From an uncultured virus (IMG/VR IMGVR_UViG_3300033066_000839) (Duplodnaviria > Heunggongvirae > Uroviricota > Caudoviricetes): a stretch of 20,000 nucleotides of DNA. The position numbers and the translations under genes are program-made. Shown one piece after another: positions 1 to 7,719 of the stretch; positions within the stretch are counted from its first letter, which is position 1; every line of letters begins with the position of its first letter. The stretch lies in the IMG/VR virus record IMGVR_UViG_3300033066_000839. One strand, given 5' to 3'. The notes beneath the pieces were generated by a model. The model was not told the origin of the DNA. It ran no database searches and worked only from the letters and a program-made list of their open reading frames with translations.

Positions 1-651
1 CAGGATGACGGTTCTAATCTTGGCGTGGCGACAGTACCGAATGTAGCCTATACTATGGACGTAGGTGGCACGGTACGTATACAGCAAAGTGTTACTATGG
101 TTGCCTCTGGAAACTATTATGTAGGTATAGGCATTGCTCCAAGCTCAAACGGCAGGTTGAATGTGTATGCCAACTCTATAACGGGTATATACATTACTGG
201 TAACTCTACGGCACAAAAGGGTATAGACTTAAACGGTACAAAACTTGCAATGGCAACCTATTCTGGTAATGTTTCATATCTGCAAACAGATGTTGGTGGT
301 GGTAATATGGATATAAAATCACTAGGTAATATTGCTTTATATCCAGACATTCTAACATCAGCATCCGCATTTGCTAATATCGCCTTGTATGGTAGTGGTG
401 GCGCTGGATATTATTCTTCTCTAGGCGTTGGTGCTGTAGTAGCTGCTGGGGATTTGGTTGCGGGTAATGCCCCTAATGCTGGCGCTCAAGGTAGCGGTAG
501 TTTATATACCGTAGACCCCGCGACTGGCGCTAAAAATACCAACGGATGGCAAATGGGTAATGTTACCGCTGGAGCAGTAGTCCTTGATACTACAAGATAT
601 GTACGTATTGACATTGGTAACGCACTAATAAAATTTCTAATAGCTCCTTAA
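1..651 (+). CDS. C-terminal part of a virion fibre/spike-like protein (5'-truncated)
   Basis: Frame is open from position 1 (QDDGSNLGVATVPN...). The sequence is G/S/N/T/A-rich and beta-strand-like, with a fibre-type 'VGIG' segment, and is followed by small chaperone-like ORFs. Confidence 0.6.
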   Translation, partial: QDDGSNLGVATVPNVAYTMDVGGTVRIQQSVTMVASGNYYVGIGIAPSSNGRLNVYANSITGIYITGNSTAQKGIDLNGTKLAMATYSGNVSYLQTDVGGGNMDIKSLGNIALYPDILTSASAFANIALYGSGGAGYYSSLGVGAVVAAGDLVAGNAPNAGAQGSGSLYTVDPATGAKNTNGWQMGNVTAGAVVLDTTRYVRIDIGNALIKFLIAP

Positions 652-662
652 TATTTGATTAA

Positions 663-920
663 ATGGAAATATCAATAAAACCAACCAAGTTTTTTTATAA
701 CGGCAAAATGATTGATTGCAATTTGCTGACCATAGAGTGTACACGCGATAATTTCAGTGATACTGCTGATATATATTATGGTATAGGGACAGAACAAATA
801 AAGGGTGCTGTTCAGGGCTCATTGACTATAAGCGGCAATGATTATAAGGATTGGAACGTGCAGCCAGATGCAAATACTTGGATAGCTAATTGGGTTATGA
901 AACAATTAAGCCTGAAATAA
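663..920 (+). CDS. small phage protein, possible fibre-associated/assembly chaperone
   Basis: 85 aa ORF directly downstream of the fibre gene; the '...GSLTISGNDYKDW...W' pattern resembles small proteins found after fibre genes in Bacteroidota phages (from recall). Confidence 0.5.
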   Translation: MEISIKPTKFFYNGKMIDCNLLTIECTRDNFSDTADIYYGIGTEQIKGAVQGSLTISGNDYKDWNVQPDANTWIANWVMKQLSLK

Positions 921-956
921 CTTTTTTACAGGATATGCTGTTTTAATTAAATTGAT

Positions 957-964
957 TATTTTTG
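957..964 (+). promoter_or_regulatory. Bacteroidota-type -7 promoter box
   Basis: TATTTTTG matches TAnnTTTG, 20 nt upstream of the ATG at 985. Confidence 0.5.
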
Positions 965-984
965 AATTATAAAAGCGATAAAAA

Positions 985-1281
985 ATGAGCGACAAACTTA
1001 AAATTGATTTGAATGTGCCCTTAATGGGTCTTGATGGCAAGAAAGCACAGGGAGATGATGATGCTACATTAGGTAAATATCTTGGAGTTGCATTGGTGCA
1101 AAGCACTAAGGGAGACCCTATAAAGATGTATATATGGGCACAAAAACTATTTAAGGGAGAGGCTATTGAAGTAGATAAAAGCGATAAGAAAACAATTGAA
1201 AATTTTGTAAATGAGCATGATTCTTTGACGAATTTGGCTAAGGCGCAGATATTGGAGATTTTTTACGCTGTAAAGGGTTAA
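985..1281 (+). CDS. conserved phage hypothetical protein (possible fibre chaperone)
   Basis: 98 aa ORF with an A-rich leader and an 'IDLNVPLMGLDGK' N-terminus; tightly packed. Confidence 0.6.
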   Translation: MSDKLKIDLNVPLMGLDGKKAQGDDDATLGKYLGVALVQSTKGDPIKMYIWAQKLFKGEAIEVDKSDKKTIENFVNEHDSLTNLAKAQILEIFYAVKG

Positions 1282-1282
1282 C

Positions 1283-1546
1283 GTGTCGGGCTTGAGAACT
1301 TCCATCACTGGTGCGATTGCTTTCAAGCTACGGTATAATGTGCATAATAACGGTAAAGAGTTTTTTTGGCGAGTTTTTTTATCAGTAAATAACAGACCAG
1401 AGATTATGTATTATGTTAATTCGATAAACTGCTTAGTACCTACGTTCTCCTATGGAGAAAATATTGACGGCACTTTGCATTTTAGCATGGCTGGAAACTG
1501 TAGTTCTTTTACGATTGATAATGATAATAATGCAATTTTAAAATAA
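1283..1546 (+). CDS. phage hypothetical protein
   Basis: 87 aa, GTG start 1 nt after the previous stop; 'LRYN...FWRV' motif. Confidence 0.55.
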   Translation: MSGLRTSITGAIAFKLRYNVHNNGKEFFWRVFLSVNNRPEIMYYVNSINCLVPTFSYGENIDGTLHFSMAGNCSSFTIDNDNNAILK

Positions 1547-1586
1547 TTCAGTGGCGGCTAATAATTCAAATACATAACTTTTTAAT

Positions 1587-2033
1587 ATGCAAAAGCAACA
1601 TAAAGGGCAGTTTTTAATATTCGCTGGCATACTCACGGTATCGCTGGCGGCTTGGTTTATATATCGTAAGCTGAAAAAGAATAAAGAAGCGGCGCTAACA
1701 TCGGGCGGTTACGGCGGCTATTCTGGCTCTGGCAGTACTTCAGCACCCAAAGGCTCTTTCCCTCTTAAAAAGGGTAGCTCTGGTGCTTTAGTGAAGCAAT
1801 TACAGCAGGCGTTACTGGCGCAGGGTGGTAAACTTCCTAAGTACGGTGCTGACGGTAAATTTGGAAGCGAAACGGAAGCCGCACTTAAATCCCTTTATAA
1901 GAGCACTTCAGTTACGGACCAAACCATGTTTGACTATATAACTAAGTTGTCGGGTAAGAATCCGAGCGCTGGCAGTGGTCTCGACTATCCTATAAATAAA
2001 CCATATGTTGATAGCATAGGGCTTAAATTTTAA
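1587..2033 (+). CDS. membrane-anchored peptidoglycan-binding protein (PG_binding_1-type)
   Basis: N-terminal TM (FLIFAGILTVSLAAWFIY) then a basic stretch, a Gly/Ser linker and the classic PGBD signature LKKGSSGALVKQLQQAL...ADGKFGSETEAALK. Confidence 0.85.
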   Translation: MQKQHKGQFLIFAGILTVSLAAWFIYRKLKKNKEAALTSGGYGGYSGSGSTSAPKGSFPLKKGSSGALVKQLQQALLAQGGKLPKYGADGKFGSETEAALKSLYKSTSVTDQTMFDYITKLSGKNPSAGSGLDYPINKPYVDSIGLKF

Positions 2034-2044
2034 TACTCAATACA

Positions 2045-2377
2045 ATGGCAAATGATTTTCGCAGGAAAAATTTAGCAAATGACTTGGAGGGTAGTATAGA
2101 ATACCTTGCCAATGCGGAGGCGCAATATCCTACGGGTAAAGAGTATTTTATAGAAAACCGTAAAAAACTACAGCAAATACTTAATCTGGTAATGGATGAG
2201 AGCAAACCATTAACGGACTCCATATATAATGATGCTTATGACAGGCTTAGAATAGCTAAAGAAGATGAGCTTAAATTCCATTGGCATCAAGATAAGTATA
2301 AAGTATTTTTGTATGCTGGTATGGCTGTGCTTGGGTTGGCAGGATTGTATTACTGGAATAAAAACAGGAAACGATGA
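2045..2377 (+). CDS. small protein with C-terminal TM anchor
   Basis: Ends VFLYAGMAVLGLAGLYYWNKNRKR. Confidence 0.7.
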   Translation: MANDFRRKNLANDLEGSIEYLANAEAQYPTGKEYFIENRKKLQQILNLVMDESKPLTDSIYNDAYDRLRIAKEDELKFHWHQDKYKVFLYAGMAVLGLAGLYYWNKNRKR

Positions 2378-2754
2378 TAAGCGAGAATACTAAAAAGGCA
2401 TTATTTTATTTTAGTGTGGCATTTATTTTATTCTGGGTTATAAAGCCCAGAAATAGAAAGTCGTTTGAAATGGGCAAGACGGATATGTCAGAGCCAGACC
2501 CCAAAGACAGGGAGAAGATTCAACCGCCTACCATGAGTGCTAAGGACGCTAAAAAGAACCCTACAGCGGCAAAGGCATTTACTGCCTTACGTGCATATAT
2601 AGAAGCCTATAATGCTGGTGAGCCTCAATCGGCGCTCGATGAGCTTAATGAGCTTACAGGTAAGGAAATAGGTATGAAGGTGTACAGGCGCAGGGGTGAC
2701 AATAAACTTGTTGTAAAAGACATGTCTGGAAAGGACATAATTGTAAATAATTAA
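2374..2754 (+). CDS. small protein with N-terminal TM anchor
   Basis: ALFYFSVAFILFWVI followed by KPRNRK; ATGA overlap with the upstream gene. Confidence 0.7.
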   Translation: MISENTKKALFYFSVAFILFWVIKPRNRKSFEMGKTDMSEPDPKDREKIQPPTMSAKDAKKNPTAAKAFTALRAYIEAYNAGEPQSALDELNELTGKEIGMKVYRRRGDNKLVVKDMSGKDIIVNN

Positions 2755-2755
2755 A

Positions 2756-3004
2756 ATGTACGCAATGATACTCGAAGGATTTTATTGGGAGCTAACAGAT
2801 ACCGAGACGGACACTATCAACGATTTGTCTGTATCAGAGTTCTTAGCACAAAACCCAGAATACGAAATACAGGAAACGCCAACAACATTACCTAATCTTG
2901 TAAGCGCTACCGATGCTGAATTAAGCATTAACGGCGGTGCTATTACTGGCGGTGGTGCATTTGGTGGCACTCACCCTCCAATACCTACAAGACCGAAGCC
3001 GTGA
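2756..3004 (+). CDS. hypothetical acidic protein with Gly/Pro-rich tail
   Basis: 82 aa ORF packed in the operon (1 nt gap upstream, GTGA overlap downstream). Confidence 0.6.
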   Translation: MYAMILEGFYWELTDTETDTINDLSVSEFLAQNPEYEIQETPTTLPNLVSATDAELSINGGAITGGGAFGGTHPPIPTRPKP

Positions 3005-3348
3005 AAAGAAAACATGATATACTAGGGGCTATCGGTTATTTTTTATTGATAGCATTAGCTACATATGTTGGCATTAAATACGGGCTTACGCAACTCGTGT
3101 ATGATGCTGGCGCATTGGCTTGGTGCTTTGTTACCATGTTATTGTACATACATACTTTAAAATCAAAATATACCAACATAGTTGCTGGCGGTGGTGCATT
3201 TATGGCTTTTGTTACATTTATAGCAGAGCTTATGGATAAAAACACCTCACTTAGCTCATGGCATATAGTAGAAGCTTGGACTGGCATATGCGGTATGATA
3301 ATAGCGTTATATATACAATATAGATTAGATAAAAAAAATAAAAAATGA
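3001..3348 (+). CDS. multi-pass membrane protein (about 4 TM; holin-like candidate)
   Basis: Four hydrophobic segments and a basic C-terminus (DKKNKK). Confidence 0.6.
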   Translation: MKRKHDILGAIGYFLLIALATYVGIKYGLTQLVYDAGALAWCFVTMLLYIHTLKSKYTNIVAGGGAFMAFVTFIAELMDKNTSLSSWHIVEAWTGICGMIIALYIQYRLDKKNKK

Positions 3349-3503
3349 GTAGCGACATTCAATTATTTATTTGCATATTCATAGTAATCTCTCTCTATCT
3401 ATGGGTTATGTTTAAACACGTTATAAATCCGATTAAAAACCTTTGGCATGAATACAAACAGGCACAGGGACATGGAGCAGGAGGGGGAAGATTTATTAGA
3501 TAG
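3345..3503 (+). CDS. small single-TM protein, 52 aa (not in ORF track)
   Basis: ATGA overlap with the previous stop; MSSDIQLFICIFIVISLYLWVMFKHVINPIKNLWHEYKQAQGHGAGGGRFIR*. Confidence 0.55.
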   Translation: MSSDIQLFICIFIVISLYLWVMFKHVINPIKNLWHEYKQAQGHGAGGGRFIR

Positions 3504-3693
3504 GAAATTTGAAATTTCATTAAGGAATGCTTACAGGTCTATTGCAGGAGCTCTGGTATGCGCAGCAGCGGTCTTAGGTGTTTATTATTCATTTAGGATT
3601 GATATGCATGACCAACAGAATAATATTATATTATTAAAAGCACAGGTACAGGCATTAGAGAAAAGAATTGAATTATTAGAAGATAAAAAATGA
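3448..3693 (+). CDS. TM + coiled-coil small protein
   Basis: IAGALVCAAAVLGVYY TM then LKAQVQALEKRIELLE heptads; the true start may be 3472. Confidence 0.6.
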   Translation: MNTNRHRDMEQEGEDLLDRKFEISLRNAYRSIAGALVCAAAVLGVYYSFRIDMHDQQNNIILLKAQVQALEKRIELLEDKK

Positions 3694-3694
3694 T

Positions 3695-4183
3695 ATGCCA
3701 TCTATCACACCAACAGTTACAGTACAGACTACGCCAGCAATCAGCGTAACTACGGTATCATCGCCACCATATGCACAGGTAAGGCGTAGTTTGGGTGATT
3801 ATGTTTTCAGGACGTTTATGTTCTATCTTGCCTCTGCCAATTTCAACCAACTGGCGGGGATATATCTTTATACTAAGTATGATTCAAATGGTACGAAGAC
3901 CAGCGGCAACCTGATACCATTTGTTTCCCCGTTTCAAAAACAGAAAACCCTTTATTTCGATGTTTCGAGCCAACCTGTTATAATAGACGGGCGCAATATG
4001 TTCCAGTTTACCATGCTGCCTAATACGACACTGCAATTTAAAATGTATAGCATACAGGATAGCGTAGGGCAGTTTGTAAAACCTGACGGTAAACCCGCTT
4101 TAGTGCAAAATAACTTCAAGTTTTTCGAGACGGCTACTGGTAATTTTAATTTCTTTGACGATTTTAAAGGTAAATTGCCATGA
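3695..4183 (+). CDS. putative beta-rich virion structural protein (possible jelly-roll)
   Basis: 162 aa with alternating hydrophobic beta-strand patterns (PVIIDGRNMFQFTMLPNTTLQFKMY); fold assignment is inference. Confidence 0.45.
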   Translation: MPSITPTVTVQTTPAISVTTVSSPPYAQVRRSLGDYVFRTFMFYLASANFNQLAGIYLYTKYDSNGTKTSGNLIPFVSPFQKQKTLYFDVSSQPVIIDGRNMFQFTMLPNTTLQFKMYSIQDSVGQFVKPDGKPALVQNNFKFFETATGNFNFFDDFKGKLP

Positions 4184-4914
4184 TGACCGAAGAAATGAAA
4201 CGGCAGCTATCCGAGATTAGCTTTACCATCGTTAACAATACAAGTAGCAATGTGCCCATGAACTTTTTGGGTAACTTGGCTAATACGGCGGATATAAGCA
4301 ATCAGTTAACAGAATACAAATGGGACGTTACAGGCATTTTGTTTGCCGCATATGATACCGTTACCGTACAAGTGCGCGGCGCGGGCAGCAGTTTGCCATT
4401 TACGACACTTTCTGCCACTATACCTATTAAGACTATTCAGGGGGCTCTCGATGCTTTAAACAGCCTGAATGTGGCTTGTTTCTTCAGTAGCACCTCTGGC
4501 GGCAATACATATATTGAAACGTATAATGATAATACCGAGTTCGGGGATATTGATTTCAGCAGTAGTACGGGATATAGTACATGGTTTTTAGGCTACAGGG
4601 GTTCGTATGCTGGCACTGGCGGTTCGTGGAATATTGAGAATCCGACACCTACTGTTATTTATACAGGCTCATTCCCTGTGGTGCAAAGTCCTTATGTGGA
4701 TATATCGGCTTATCTGAATTACAGCTCTAACCAGATTACTTTTAATTGTGTGGCTGGCAGCCTTACCATGAATATGGCAATATACCGACTTGATTTGGCT
4801 ACTAATACAGAAACGCTGATAAACTCGGTTACAGGTATATTGTCTGGAAACTCCGCTAGTATAGGACCTATTACGGCTGCTGCGGGGTATGTGTATATTA
4901 TTGATTTTTCTTAG
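4180..4914 (+). CDS. putative beta-rich virion structural protein
   Basis: 244 aa, S/T/G/N-rich and beta-type ('ISFTIVNNTSSNVPMNFLG'); last gene of the + strand module. Confidence 0.5.
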   Translation: MMTEEMKRQLSEISFTIVNNTSSNVPMNFLGNLANTADISNQLTEYKWDVTGILFAAYDTVTVQVRGAGSSLPFTTLSATIPIKTIQGALDALNSLNVACFFSSTSGGNTYIETYNDNTEFGDIDFSSSTGYSTWFLGYRGSYAGTGGSWNIENPTPTVIYTGSFPVVQSPYVDISAYLNYSSNQITFNCVAGSLTMNMAIYRLDLATNTETLINSVTGILSGNSASIGPITAAAGYVYIIDFS

Positions 4915-5128
4915 GGGCTTCCAATACTTTTTTGAAACATAGATAGCCTACGTATATAGAGCCTACAAAAGCCATACATACAAAGCCTATCGCCCCATAG
5001 TATATGGAATCGTTGTATTGTATCAGGGTGATAAGCATCATAAGCAATATGCCGAAAGCTATGAAGGATATTAACCCTATCACGAAAAATCCTGTTTTTA
5101 CAAGCAGTTCTTTAAGTTCGTTTGACAT
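4898..5128 (-). CDS. small 2-TM membrane protein
   Basis: Likely start MSNELKELL at 5128 after an A-rich leader; two hydrophobic helices. Confidence 0.6.
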   Translation of the reverse strand: MSNELKELLVKTGFFVIGLISFIAFGILLMMLITLIQYNDSIYYGAIGFVCMAFVGSIYVGYLCFKKVLEAPKKNQ

Positions 5129-5156
5129 CTTTATTTTTTTATGGGTTATTATTTTG

Positions 5157-5235
5157 TATGTTTGTGGTGTTGGCAGCCCCCGCATAGAATATGTAACCTC
5201 CCAACATCATTAACCATCCTTCGGGGTGGTTTTTG
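5157..5235 (+). ncRNA. candidate small RNA unit 1 (promoter box, stem-loop, terminator)
   Basis: TATGTTTG at 5157-5164; TGGTGTTGG...CCAACATCA stem; then a terminator hairpin. Confidence 0.35.
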
Positions 5236-5238
5236 TTT
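5211..5238 (+). terminator. intrinsic terminator, copy 1 of a 28-bp direct repeat
   Basis: AACCATCC-TTCG-GGGTGGTT plus T-tract; identical to 5465-5492. Confidence 0.8.
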
Positions 5239-5429
5239 TATTCAGGTTCAAATATTTTTCTTTTATGTTTTATTGCTCGTTTGTATTTGTAAGGGCTGCA
5301 AATAGAGCATGAGCATGGTTTGCCACTTGTTTTATATGCATAGTAACAAGGCTTATCTGGTAATGACAGATTTCGCAATCTTCGTTTGTACCTAAGAATT
5401 TTTATTTCAAACCTTCTGCGTTTATTCAT
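5238..5429 (-). CDS. small very basic protein with CxCxxC motif
   Basis: 63 aa, R/K-rich, 'TSGKPCSCSICSP'. Confidence 0.65.
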   Translation of the reverse strand: MNKRRRFEIKILRYKRRLRNLSLPDKPCYYAYKTSGKPCSCSICSPYKYKRAIKHKRKIFEPE

Positions 5430-5435
5430 AAGTTG

Positions 5436-5488
5436 TATATTTGTACCCCAACTGCGTCAACATATAACCATCCTTCGGGGTGGTTTTT
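5436..5488 (+). ncRNA. candidate small RNA unit 2 (promoter box then terminator)
   Basis: TATATTTG at 5436-5443, about 20 nt, then a terminator hairpin. Confidence 0.35.
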
Positions 5489-5492
5489 GTTT
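5465..5492 (+). terminator. intrinsic terminator, copy 2 of a 28-bp direct repeat
   Basis: TAACCATCCTTCGGGGTGGTTTTTGTTT, identical to 5211-5238. Confidence 0.8.
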
Positions 5493-5721
5493 ATCTTTTT
5501 TTCACCCGATTATAAATTACCAGTTCACCATTTTTATTTACTGCAAGTGGGAGGTTTCTTCTGCTAGACTCATCTAAAACTTTCGTTGAATCTACTTCTG
5601 CCAACTCTTCTTTTTTTCTTTTACCATATGAGAAACCTAATCCTATAACAGTAAGAAGAAGAATATATCCAAACAGTCCGTATTCTGAATCTAATGTTGG
5701 GTGATTTTTCTTTTTGCTCAT
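5491..5721 (-). CDS. small single-TM protein
   Basis: LFGYILLLTVIGLGF TM followed by a basic stretch. Confidence 0.6.
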   Translation of the reverse strand: MSKKKNHPTLDSEYGLFGYILLLTVIGLGFSYGKRKKEELAEVDSTKVLDESSRRNLPLAVNKNGELVIYNRVKKR

Positions 5722-5724
5722 GCT

Positions 5725-6231
5725 TTATGGTTTTAATCCAAGTAAATTAATGTAGGCTTCAATTTCTTTTAACAATGGGAATTTGTGTTTTTTGCCGTTC
5801 CTGCTAAGTAGTACTGGATAGTGTGTTAGTTTATTGCTTGCGTATATGCCCCTGTTAAATGAAGCATATTGCATAAATATTAACTCTCTAGCCTTATCCA
5901 TGTCGCTTTTATCGGAATTAATAATCTCAATTACTTTTTTCGCATTTTGTTCAAATGTTGACGGCGGCATAACAATAACTCCATTAACCTCTTCATCCCA
6001 CGCTACGGCTCTCAATTCTTTTTTAGATTTGTGCTGTCTTTTTTTAGCCGCTTGTATTCTTTTGCGACTTTCCTCTCCATTTCTTTTTACGACATCATCG
6101 CTAACCTTATCGTCAACAATAGGCTTAGGTATTATAGTAATTACTGTTTCCTTTCTTTCTGTTTCTATTCCGCACTCATGATAGCAATTATCATTGGTAC
6201 ATGGCTTTTTAGTGTTACTGCAAACAATCAT
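5725..6231 (-). CDS. hypothetical protein with N-terminal Cys cluster
   Basis: 168 aa; C-x6-C-x4-C-x3-C at the N-terminus. Confidence 0.6.
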   Translation of the reverse strand: MIVCSNTKKPCTNDNCYHECGIETERKETVITIIPKPIVDDKVSDDVVKRNGEESRKRIQAAKKRQHKSKKELRAVAWDEEVNGVIVMPPSTFEQNAKKVIEIINSDKSDMDKARELIFMQYASFNRGIYASNKLTHYPVLLSRNGKKHKFPLLKEIEAYINLLGLKP

Positions 6232-6260
6232 ATCTTAGTTTTTTCGTAGTCGCCGTAGGG

Positions 6261-6467
6261 TTAAAATGGTAAATCATCATATCCAATTCTATAACAAGCA
6301 TCTATGGAGGATTGGTTGTAAAATCTTTTACCTATGGTTTTGTTCCAATTAATAAATAAAAAAATCCCCTTCCTCCTTTTCCTGATACGCCTGTTGGTAA
6401 ATGTGTTTATATGACATCCATGATATTCGGAGTACTTTCTTTTGGGCAATCGGTGGCTCATATCCAA
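6261..6467 (-). CDS. hypothetical basic protein
   Basis: 68 aa; overlaps the upstream stop; ends in DDLPF. Confidence 0.5.
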   Translation of the reverse strand: MDMSHRLPKRKYSEYHGCHINTFTNRRIRKRRKGIFLFINWNKTIGKRFYNQSSIDACYRIGYDDLPF

Positions 6468-6754
6468 CTTATTAAATGTGTGAAGAATGTAACAATAGCC
6501 TGTATGCTACCAAATATAAGATATAATACTATGAAATAGAATAGCGGAGCTAACCGTATGGAGCGGCTTATAAGCCTGCCTACATTATTTTGAAGGTCAA
6601 CGAATAGTATCTGCAAGATGTATTCAATAGCATACCCCTGAATCCACAACTTTGTGAATATCCATAACGAGTAGGCAGTAACAAAAAACACTGATACGGG
6701 GTACAGTATTACGGCTTTAGCCTTTGTTGTCAGTCCTTTTAAAATTGTTCTCAT
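6458..6754 (-). CDS. membrane protein
   Basis: Hydrophobic helices; start either 6763 or 6754 (MRTILKG). Confidence 0.55.
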   Translation of the reverse strand: MRTILKGLTTKAKAVILYPVSVFFVTAYSLWIFTKLWIQGYAIEYILQILFVDLQNNVGRLISRSIRLAPLFYFIVLYLIFGSIQAIVTFFTHLISWI

Positions 6755-7172
6755 TTTTATCACTTTTTTGTGTTATTATCTTTATCATGTGTTTCAGGCA
6801 ATCTAGTCTGGCGGATTCATAAGACTCAAATTGTATAAAGTCATCGGCTTTTACTTCGTCAAACGGGCACATATATCCCTCCATCAAAATCGTATACGTC
6901 CACCAATCCCAACTATCGACAGGTTGAATTACACAAGTAACCCTAAACATTCTGTCTTTATTACGAAGCCACTCGAAAGCCTGTTCGTAAGTCGGAGCTA
7001 TAATATTGTGCTCTGTTTGCGCCTCTAATGGGTACGGGTGCAGGTATTTTTGTATATTGGGTACATTATCAGGAACTATACCGTAATGCGCCATGCACGG
7101 GTCATTAAAGCCCAATTCACGGAGCGCCTTAGCTTCTGAAAATTCAACAAAGTGTTCAGTTATTGAAGGCAT
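6717..7172 (-). CDS. conserved Bacteroidota-phage hypothetical protein
   Basis: 'FVEFSEAKALRELGF...APTYEQAFEWLR' pattern, which I recall as common in Bacteroidota phages. Confidence 0.7.
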   Translation of the reverse strand: MPSITEHFVEFSEAKALRELGFNDPCMAHYGIVPDNVPNIQKYLHPYPLEAQTEHNIIAPTYEQAFEWLRNKDRMFRVTCVIQPVDSWDWWTYTILMEGYMCPFDEVKADDFIQFESYESARLDCLKHMIKIITQKSDKNENNFKRTDNKG

Positions 7173-7399
7173 TATTTAATTATGTTTTTTTCAACAAAAT
7201 ATTTTTTCATAGGCTGTTTCAAAAAATCGCAAACTTTATAAAACGTACATATATCTGGGGGTAGTTCGTTTTCTAGTCTGCTTAATGTAGCAGTGCTAAT
7301 ACCTATTTTAACGGCACAATCACGCAAGTTCAATTCAAGATAAAATCGAATACTTTTAATGTCTTTTGCAAATTCTACGCCATTAAAAACAACTTCCAT
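7172..7399 (-). CDS. XRE/Cro-type helix-turn-helix regulator
   Basis: LNLRDCAVKIGISTATLSRLEN HTH_3 signature. Confidence 0.85.
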   Translation of the reverse strand: MEVVFNGVEFAKDIKSIRFYLELNLRDCAVKIGISTATLSRLENELPPDICTFYKVCDFLKQPMKKYFVEKNIIK

Positions 7400-7401
7400 A
7401 A

Positions 7402-7716
7402 CTATCTTCTTTTTAATTGTTTAAACTGTTCTTCGGTCAACCATCCGTTAGGGCTTCTCTTTTTACCTCCCCAGATATAATTGACACCATTTATCTTTTT
7501 TTGTGATACCCCCACCACAGGCAGCGTAACGGTTTGCCCTACTACCTTTTTACCTTGAAATTTATCTGGCAACCTCTCAATGACCTTCAGCAACCCCTCT
7601 CTTGCTTCATTAGCAGTAAAAGCCTCAATAATCACTGGCTTTTCTATGTCTTCAAATGTAAAGGCGTAGAACTTAATTATATCTGGCTTCTCAACTGCTA
7701 CATACTGAAAGGACAT
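7402..7716 (-). CDS. hypothetical protein
   Basis: 104 aa ORF packed in the operon. Confidence 0.65.
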   Translation of the reverse strand: MSFQYVAVEKPDIIKFYAFTFEDIEKPVIIEAFTANEAREGLLKVIERLPDKFQGKKVVGQTVTLPVVGVSQKKINGVNYIWGGKKRSPNGWLTEEQFKQLKRR

Positions 7717-7719
7717 GTG

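Noticed and set aside
906..3362. - strand ORFs inside the structural module (906-1106, 2023-2223, 2782-2970, 3036-3362)
   Set aside because: They are shadows of tightly packed + strand genes.
5211..5492. CRISPR-like repeat pair
   Set aside because: Only two copies, 254 bp apart, with a gene between them and clear terminator structure; no cas genes.
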